The position numbers were made by a program, and so were the translations under genes. From assembly GCA_029936675.1 (NCBI GenBank), contig JAPYSB010000001.1, positions 50,669 to 114,668 on the forward strand: 64,000 nt of DNA, given 5' to 3'. The notes beneath the pieces were generated by a model. That model ran no database searches and was not told where the DNA came from. It saw only the letters and a program-made list of their open reading frames with translations. This document shows positions 57,872 to 64,000 of the stretch, one piece after another; the first letter of the stretch is position 1; each line of letters begins with the position of its first letter. This stretch comes from Dehalococcoidia bacterium. Its GTDB lineage: Bacteria; Chloroflexota; Dehalococcoidia; Lucifugimonadales; UBA826.

Positions 57872-58617
57872 CCCATATTTAAAGATTGCTCTATTACTTG
57901 AGAAATGTGCATGCTTTTGAGGGGAAGGTTTTTTCGTGCGATCAGCCCGTCAATATGCATCAAACAACTCATGTCTGATGCGGTAACAATATCGGCGCCA
58001 CTTTTCACTATATTCGCTATTTTTTCTTCGCCCATAGCGGTGGATATTTCCGGATATTTTGTAGCGAAGGTACCTCCAAAACCGCAACAAACTTCAGATT
58101 GGTCCATATCCGTTAATGTCACATTTTCAAGTGAACGTAGAAGATCAATCGGTTCACTGGAAACACCCAATTCCCGTTTGAGATGGCAAGATTCATGATA
58201 CGTCACATTAATTTTTTTTGTTATGGTCGATTGGAAAGGGGTCAGATCAGATATGCCCAGTTCTCTAGTTATATACTCTGTGAATTCAAAAGTCCTGGCT
58301 GACACATCTCTTATTCCGCCAATGTCGTCTTCGCTGCATATTTCAAGATAATGATTCCGTACCATGCTAGTACATGACCCTGACGGAAGCACTATATCTT
58401 CTTGGCCACCAGAATAATCCTCAACGAATTTTCTCATCAACTTGGATGAATCGTTCCAATGTCCAGAATTGAAAAACGGCTGTCCACAGCACGTTTGATC
58501 CTGCCGAACGGTAACATCTACTCCTAATTTACTCAAAACTCGAACCACACTAAATGCAACATCGGGATAGAAATTATTGAGGACACACGTTGCAAATAAG
58601 GAAACTTTGGCAGACAC
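57859..58617 (-). CDS. lutA: Lactate utilisation protein A-type (Fe-S) oxidoreductase with CCG domains (LutA/LldE)
   Basis: V.LF.TC..N.F.P.V, two Cys-rich CCG motifs (TCCGQP; VCCGFGG) and about 250 aa. Confidence 0.85.
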   Translation of the reverse strand: MSAKVSLFATCVLNNFYPDVAFSVVRVLSKLGVDVTVRQDQTCCGQPFFNSGHWNDSSKLMRKFVEDYSGGQEDIVLPSGSCTSMVRNHYLEICSEDDIGGIRDVSARTFEFTEYITRELGISDLTPFQSTITKKINVTYHESCHLKRELGVSSEPIDLLRSLENVTLTDMDQSEVCCGFGGTFATKYPEISTAMGEEKIANIVKSGADIVTASDMSCLMHIDGLIARKNLPLKSMHISQVIEQSLNMGCQK

Positions 58618-58682
58618 GATTTTTTGTTCCCCTTAATTTGTTAAAAAGCGTATATTCTCAAAGTTTCCATGCGGCTTAGGGA

Positions 58683-58931
58683 TTAAATAACTATCCCACG
58701 TATTGAAAAAGCCAAAATCCAGCCAAGCATAAGCAAACTTCCCCCTGCGAACAACCTACCTTCTTTACCTTCTTCTGGCGAGCCTGTGATTCTCATGGTT
58801 ACAAAAAACAATCCCAACAACACAGCGAGCAGCCAAACTGATAAATTATTAACCCCCAATCCAGCACCAAGTGCTGCACCTATGCCACCCCACACATAAG
58901 GCAGTTTGAGTATATTAATGAGTTCATTCAT
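58683..58931 (-). CDS. Small membrane protein (about 3 TM helices)
   Basis: 82 aa with Gly/Ala/Leu-rich hydrophobic segments. It lies upstream of, and co-directional with, lutA. Confidence 0.5.
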   Translation of the reverse strand: MNELINILKLPYVWGGIGAALGAGLGVNNLSVWLLAVLLGLFFVTMRITGSPEEGKEGRLFAGGSLLMLGWILAFSIRGIVI

Positions 58932-59015
58932 ACTCTGAAGAATACACTGCGATTATATCGTTTGCAATGTGATAAGCGCATACTCAAATCACAACTCACC
59001 TATTAGGAGGAAAGT

Positions 59016-59453
59016 ATGATTACAGGATTCAACCATTCAGGGTTTGTAGTCAGAGACTTAGACAAAATGGTGTCATTTTATCGGGACGATTTGGGACTCC
59101 AGATCGAAAAAGAGATCGACAGTAGAGCCCCTGAAACTGGTGACCATACTGGCATTCCAGGAGCCCATAGAACTTTGGTATTTGTGGGCAAGGGTGGCGG
59201 CCACGCTCTGGAATTGGTGTACTACATATACCCGGACAGTCCTAGTGGACATTTGAACCGTAACCAACTTGGAGCAGCTCACGTGTGTTTCAATGTTGAA
59301 AATATAGAAGAGCTTTATCAAGATCTCACAAATAAAGGGGTTGAATTCGTAACGCCTCCTATAATGACCGATACAGAGACTGGAGGTAGACATGGAATCT
59401 GCTATTGCCAAGACCCCGAAGGAAATTGGCTGGAATTTATTCAGGCTGGTTAA
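59016..59453 (+). CDS. VOC (glyoxalase/bleomycin-resistance/dioxygenase) family protein
   Basis: N-terminal HSGFVV.DLD..V.FY...LGL and C-terminal DPEGNWLEF. 145 aa. AGGAGG ribosome-binding site upstream. Confidence 0.8.
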   Translation: MITGFNHSGFVVRDLDKMVSFYRDDLGLQIEKEIDSRAPETGDHTGIPGAHRTLVFVGKGGGHALELVYYIYPDSPSGHLNRNQLGAAHVCFNVENIEELYQDLTNKGVEFVTPPIMTDTETGGRHGICYCQDPEGNWLEFIQAG

Positions 59454-59456
59454 GTG

Positions 59457-60479
59457 TTATTCGATCTCGTAAATCTGGATTCTGTGACGGTTAGATTCCA
59501 CAACGTATAACCGATTGTCGTTATCTATCCTTACCGACACCGGTCCCCAAAAAAAAGGCTCAGTTTGAGACGATATATGATAAGGATTATTTAAGTGGTC
59601 CGGAACATCCGGGTTCAGATCAGATATTTCCCGAGTCTCCATCTCATCTGGATTTGATTCAAAAAAATCTTTAGCCCAGTCAGAAAGAGTCGCCTCGCCT
59701 TTGAGACTAGCTATCACTTCCCCCTCGGAATTAAATACCTGAACCCTCTCATTACCCCAGTCGGCGACATATATATTACCGTTTTCATCTATTGATACAG
59801 CCGACGGTCTTGCAAGGTGTTCTTCCTCCACTTCCGAGTCTCCAATCGTTTTCAAATAATGCCCATTGGAATCGAATTTTTGGACTCTATCATTTCTCCA
59901 GTCTGCTACATAAACATTATTTTCTGCATCCAAACCCAACCCCCATGGCAAATTAAATTCACCTGCCCTTGTTCCTTGAGAACCCCATTGAGCCAAAAAC
60001 CTACCATCCGCAGTGTATTTCTGAACCCTATGGTTCCGTTGATCGCAGATATAAACTGTTCCAGACGAATCAGTCGCTATACCTGCCGGACCATTGAATT
60101 CGCCTTCCGATTCACCTTTATGTCCCCATTTACCTAGAACCTCACCTTCATCAGAGTATATGGTTACCCTGTTAGTGTGTTCATCTGTTATGAGTAGTCG
60201 ACCTTTCGAATCAAATGCCATCGCCACAGGCAACATCATTTGACCGTCACCATCTCCGAATCCATAACCAAATTCATATAGGTATTCTTCATTGAGATTA
60301 CAGACTCCTACCCTTATAGCGTTTCTTCTGGCAGGATCACATCGATTCAATACAAAAATATTACCCTCTGGACCAATGGTAACATCGTAGGGGTTAGCGA
60401 ATCCACGGCCATTGAAACCGTTATTGACTATACCTATTGTTTTAAGGTACCTAATACTAATCGTATTAGAAATCACCAT
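59457..60479 (-). CDS. NHL-repeat beta-propeller protein (module copy B)
   Basis: Colinear paralog of 14033-15031. The two share YLKTIG, GRGF..PYD, NLPWG, VADW.N.R.QKF, VADWGNERVQV, KGEATLS.WA and FWGPVSV.ID...RLYV.E..RHRIQ.Y. Confidence 0.8.
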   Translation of the reverse strand: MVISNTISIRYLKTIGIVNNGFNGRGFANPYDVTIGPEGNIFVLNRCDPARRNAIRVGVCNLNEEYLYEFGYGFGDGDGQMMLPVAMAFDSKGRLLITDEHTNRVTIYSDEGEVLGKWGHKGESEGEFNGPAGIATDSSGTVYICDQRNHRVQKYTADGRFLAQWGSQGTRAGEFNLPWGLGLDAENNVYVADWRNDRVQKFDSNGHYLKTIGDSEVEEEHLARPSAVSIDENGNIYVADWGNERVQVFNSEGEVIASLKGEATLSDWAKDFFESNPDEMETREISDLNPDVPDHLNNPYHISSQTEPFFWGPVSVRIDNDNRLYVVESNRHRIQIYEIE

Positions 60480-60505
60480 GATTTCAACCCCTAAATTTTT
60501 ATAGT

Positions 60506-61927
60506 TTAAGCTAGCTGGTATTCTCGAGTCGAGGCAATCATTCCAATCAGACGGGCAATCTGGGCAGATCCGTCTTCATCAGTTTTCCCATTTTCCAGCT
60601 GTAGGTCACCTTGGGATTCCGCAAATTCAATTAACCCTTCCCTTGTATCTGCCTCCACTTGTATGGGGCCCATAAAATCTAGACATGAATCTACTAAATT
60701 TTCAGGATGAATAAAATCTCTATACCCAGAAGTGACTCTCCTAATTATGTCTTGAACACCGTCTTTTGTCGGGTCGCTTAATTCCTTAGCTGCAAAGTTG
60801 ATGCGCTCAACCAGGGAACCGCTATCTATCCATTCCACCCCTTCATGCCACCCTTCGACTGTCGGCGGTGCAAGCAATCCTTGTCCCATAAACATTGTTT
60901 GTGCCCATAAAGAATGCACGTCCAAAGTAGGTTCCTGATAGCTACCAGCTAATCTCGCCGTGCCCACAACAGATTCTACAGGGCCTTTTACTCTTGAATA
61001 TCGGCACTTTTCTGATTTGAAATAATCCGAGTTAAAAAGAGTTCTCAATACAGCTGACACTTTAAATCCGGATTCAAAATAAGAATCCATCATTGCTTTT
61101 ATTACCTGCTCTCCGTCATCATCTACTTCGTCAGAGGCGAAATATTGGAACAACCTTGTTGATAAAAACCTCGCAGTCGGTTCCTGGGTGACTATTATGT
61201 CAACAATATCCTCACCGTTGAAATTCCCAACTTCGCCCAAGAATTTTTTTTCACCGCTGTCATGATCGTTTGCACGGTATTCATAATGCCAAGCTATTCT
61301 GCCATAAGGCCATATAGAATCTTTACTTGCCCTTACTGACATGTATTCAGCATTTTTTAAAGTCCATCCAGTGAAGGCTTTGGCACATTCTTTTATGTCG
61401 TCTTCTGAATAATTGCCGATGCCCATGGAGAACAATTCGAGCAATTCCCTACCAAAGTTCTCGTTGATGGCCTCTTTATGATTTTCATTATTATCAAGCC
61501 ACAGAATCATTGCGGGGTCCCTAGACAATTCAACTAGCAAATCTCTAAAACTACCAAATCCATATTGCCGAAACATGTCAATTTGGTTGAGTAATGCCCG
61601 GGCTTGATTCAGCTTGGCGTAGCCTGTCGCAAACAACCCATGCCAAAATAAAGCTAATTTCTCTTCAAGAGAATTGCTTGTAGTTAACATACGGTAGAGC
61701 CAATAAGCACCCGCGCAATCCAGTTGTCTCAATTCTGATTGGTCAACGTGGTATCGTCGAATTAGATCATCGGGCATGTGATTGGATTCGCCAGGGTTTA
61801 GTAATTTCTCCACCGTGGTCTTGTAACCATCGCTCAGATATTCTTCCAATTCATTACGAGTGGCACCAAACCCAGCCCGTCTCATAAGATGGGCCATTAA
61901 AGAAGCATCCTGACTCATATCTCTCAC
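60506..61927 (-). CDS. DUF1800 family protein (module copy B)
   Basis: Colinear paralog of 15076-16494. The two share AHL.RRAGFG, LFWH..FAT, QIDMFR..G.G...DLL.ELS.DPAM..WLDN, INEN.GRE.LELFSMG.GNY.EDDIK.CA.AFTGWT and VEGWH.G.EWI.SGSLV.R.NFA. Confidence 0.8.
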   Translation of the reverse strand: MRDMSQDASLMAHLMRRAGFGATRNELEEYLSDGYKTTVEKLLNPGESNHMPDDLIRRYHVDQSELRQLDCAGAYWLYRMLTTSNSLEEKLALFWHGLFATGYAKLNQARALLNQIDMFRQYGFGSFRDLLVELSRDPAMILWLDNNENHKEAINENFGRELLELFSMGIGNYSEDDIKECAKAFTGWTLKNAEYMSVRASKDSIWPYGRIAWHYEYRANDHDSGEKKFLGEVGNFNGEDIVDIIVTQEPTARFLSTRLFQYFASDEVDDDGEQVIKAMMDSYFESGFKVSAVLRTLFNSDYFKSEKCRYSRVKGPVESVVGTARLAGSYQEPTLDVHSLWAQTMFMGQGLLAPPTVEGWHEGVEWIDSGSLVERINFAAKELSDPTKDGVQDIIRRVTSGYRDFIHPENLVDSCLDFMGPIQVEADTREGLIEFAESQGDLQLENGKTDEDGSAQIARLIGMIASTREYQLA

Positions 61928-61976
61928 CTTTTAACAATTATCTTAATGCCAAATCCGATTCTATTAGTCTTGTTAT

Positions 61977-63104
61977 TTAGGCATTGACGAAATCAAACTG
62001 TTCAAAGTGCCCATTTACTATTGGAACAGGGTCCAGCCCAAACCATTTTTCAACAATGGTCGAATAGGTGGATCGAAAATCGTTGTTGAAATGTAAATCG
62101 CCTTCCAACTGATCTGCCTCTCTTATCGACGGGTATTGCCCATACATTCCACCTTTAACTTCGCCACCGATAATAAACGCCACACCGCCAGACCCATGAT
62201 CGGTGCCAGATCCATTGTCTTTGATACGCCTTCCAAATTCAGAGAATATCATCACTACAACTTCATCTTCACGCCCATGTTCTTGCATATCATCATAGAA
62301 ATCTCCCACCGCACCAGACACTTCATCCCAAAGTTTTGCATGGGTGATGATCTCTCCTGAGTGAGTATCAAAACTACCGTGTTGTGTATAAAACACTCGA
62401 GTGCCAAAATCAGCGAGTAGAACCTGGGCTATGCTTTTCATTCCCTGGGCAATCGGATTTGCGGCGTATTCAATAGCCGAACTATATTTTTGAGGAGCAG
62501 TCCTAAGTATATCCGCACCTTTCAAGGCATCCATTCCTGTCTGGCCTAGAAAATTTAGAACCGGATCCTTTCCCTGTACTCCACCATACATGTGAGCAAA
62601 CGCGTCAAGCGCGAGTTTTTTGGCTGACTCGTCTTTTATATCTGGGAATAAGCCATATGTGTCCAAGTTACCAACAGACGCAACAGGCACTCCTCGAACC
62701 CCGAGTGCTCTTGGTAACCCTCTACCGAAGTTCACGCCAGTCAAGACATTTTCAGCATTTGGATCTAGATCTCTAATAACTCTTCCAAGCCATCCTTCGG
62801 TCCCTATTTCATCAGGCTGAGCGGTGTGCCAAATATCCATAGAGCGAAAATGAGACCTATTTGGATTGTCATAACCAATACCGTTTATAACAGCAACTTT
62901 TCCCTGATCATAAAGTCTTTTGATAGGTGCTAAATGGGGGCTAAAACCATAAACTTTATCGATAGGAAGGACCTTGTTCTGTTCAATATGGACGGTCCTC
63001 CTGAAGTCGTAATACTCCTCATCGCCGTAGGGAACTACAGTATTCAAATAGTCGTTTCCACCAGAAAGCTGAACAACAACAAGTGATTTGCCTTTGTTTC
63101 CCAT
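61977..63104 (-). CDS. DUF1501 family protein (sulfatase / alkaline-phosphatase-like fold), no N-terminal signal
   Basis: LVVVQLSGGNDYLNT....G, NRSHF.S.DIW, F.THS, FSEFGRR...N.SGTDHG. The protein starts directly at the conserved core. Confidence 0.8.
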   Translation of the reverse strand: MGNKGKSLVVVQLSGGNDYLNTVVPYGDEEYYDFRRTVHIEQNKVLPIDKVYGFSPHLAPIKRLYDQGKVAVINGIGYDNPNRSHFRSMDIWHTAQPDEIGTEGWLGRVIRDLDPNAENVLTGVNFGRGLPRALGVRGVPVASVGNLDTYGLFPDIKDESAKKLALDAFAHMYGGVQGKDPVLNFLGQTGMDALKGADILRTAPQKYSSAIEYAANPIAQGMKSIAQVLLADFGTRVFYTQHGSFDTHSGEIITHAKLWDEVSGAVGDFYDDMQEHGREDEVVVMIFSEFGRRIKDNGSGTDHGSGGVAFIIGGEVKGGMYGQYPSIREADQLEGDLHFNNDFRSTYSTIVEKWFGLDPVPIVNGHFEQFDFVNA

Positions 63105-63322
63105 TAAATCCCCCCTATTGATTTATGAATTACGTCAAATCCAATTAAGTTCTGAATAGGGAGATATTACTACCTAAATTATTGTAATTCAATCGATATA
63201 ATGAACCAGTGACTTAATTTATATCGCCAATTTAGTAGTACTGTTCCAATTTAGATGGGTAAAATGTGTTTTCTATTCACAAAAATTCACTAATATGGGG
63301 TGGAATCGTGTCTTCATCACCG

Positions 63323-64000
63323 ATGTCAAAAACCTATTCCTTTAGTACCTTACAGCAAGCAAGGGAGCACTTTCTTGAGCAAGGCTGGACTGATGGCCTT
63401 CCAATTAATTTACCCACGGAGCACGAAGTTTCTAAATTTATGGCCCTTTCAGGTAAATCTAATAAAGATATTATAGGAATTGAGCCTGTCAAAGGCAGAG
63501 AAATCACCATGGAGAAAGTCGCCATTAATTCAGTGATGGCTGGTTGCAAACCAGAATATTTCCCGATAGTACTAACAGCGGTGGAGGCATTAGTTGAATC
63601 AAAGTTTAATCTCCACGGGATCACAGCTAGTACCATGGGGGCAGGCATTTTAACGCTGGTCACCGGATCAATCGCAAAAAAAATAGGGTTAAATGGTGGA
63701 ATAAGCCTCTTCGGTCCAGGACATCAAGCAAACGCGACCATTGGCAGGGCTCTTCGATTAGTCGTAATTAATTGCACCGGCTCCAGATCTGGAGAAATTG
63801 ATAAAGCTACCCTGGGGCATGCTGGTAAATATACCTGGTGCATAACTGAGAATGAAGATTTCCGGCCGTGGCCTAACACAGGAGAGGACAGGGGTTTTTC
63901 AAAAGATGCGAACACCGTTTCGGTGTTCGCAGGTCTGTCTCCAATCCAAGTAAGTAATCATTCAAGCCAAGATCCCGAAAATATACTTAGAAGTTTCAGA
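63323..64000 (+). CDS. Conserved hypothetical protein, N-terminal 226 aa; continues off the right edge
   Basis: Missing from the ORF track because it has no stop. My translation from ATG 63323 gives MSKTYSFSTLQQAREHFLEQGWTDGLPINLPTEHEV...VAINSVMAGCKPEYFPIVLTAVEAL...GITASTMGAG...GHQANATIGRALRLVV. The frame is open and in phase to 64000. A GTG at 63308 is also in frame. Confidence 0.6.
   Translation, partial: MSKTYSFSTLQQAREHFLEQGWTDGLPINLPTEHEVSKFMALSGKSNKDIIGIEPVKGREITMEKVAINSVMAGCKPEYFPIVLTAVEALVESKFNLHGITASTMGAGILTLVTGSIAKKIGLNGGISLFGPGHQANATIGRALRLVVINCTGSRSGEIDKATLGHAGKYTWCITENEDFRPWPNTGEDRGFSKDANTVSVFAGLSPIQVSNHSSQDPENILRSFR

Noticed and set aside
1-64000. Scan for CRISPR arrays, transposases or IS ends, toxin-antitoxin pairs, restriction-modification or other defence systems, and rRNA
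   Set aside because: None was recognised. Every ORF over 140 aa that is not a shadow frame has a metabolic, housekeeping or DUF-type assignment, except the 338-aa orphan at 50773-51789. The only methyltransferase (9784-10614) has a small-molecule class I SAM fold context, not DNA-methylase motifs.

Overview
This is a compact prokaryotic chromosomal window with about 60 protein genes on both strands and one tRNA. Intergenic gaps are short, and there are many 1-13 nt stop/start overlaps and convergent 3' overlaps. I found no rRNA, CRISPR array, transposase, integrase, phage gene or recognisable defence gene.

The content falls into three groups.

(a) Core metabolism:
- Purine genes: guaC, purK-purE, purS/purC/purB/purD and guaA.
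- A partial histidine operon: hisZ-hisG-X-hisD-hisC-hisB.
- Glycolysis: pgk-apgM and tpiA.
- Lysine synthesis: dapF-dapL.
- Others: miaA, hflX, smpB, tsaC, a C-terminal processing peptidase and lutAB.

(b) Paralog-rich, catabolic-looking blocks:
- 1-13.8 kb holds a luciferase-like monooxygenase, a fused double class III CoA-transferase, an FAH hydrolase, an MFS transporter, an enolase-superfamily enzyme, a Gfo/Idh/MocA oxidoreductase, a class III aminotransferase, two tandem PAL-like NHL propellers and a formaldehyde-dehydrogenase-type ADH.
- 36-39 kb holds an amidohydrolase, a crotonase, a CoA-binding protein and an MDR reductase.

(c) Two inverted paralogous NHL-DUF1800(-DUF1501) modules of unknown function, at 14-16.5 kb and 59.5-63.1 kb.

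The gene families (LLM monooxygenases, CaiB, enolases, DUF3105, archaeal-type ApgM, DapL) resemble marine Chloroflexota of the SAR202 type. That is an inference I cannot verify here.

I see no clear-cut novel system. The most checkable leads are:
- a Zn-phosphoesterase-like gene translationally coupled inside the his operon, a candidate for the missing histidinol-phosphate phosphatase;
- the single-chain double CoA-transferase;
- the fdhA plus twin PAL-like lyase operon;
- the signal-less NHL-DUF1800-DUF1501 modules;
- a polyprenyl-synthase-like protein with degenerate Asp-rich motifs;
- a 540-bp AT-rich non-coding gap splitting pgk-apgM from tpiA.

All protein-family calls come from my own motif recognition on the translations. 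No searches were run.
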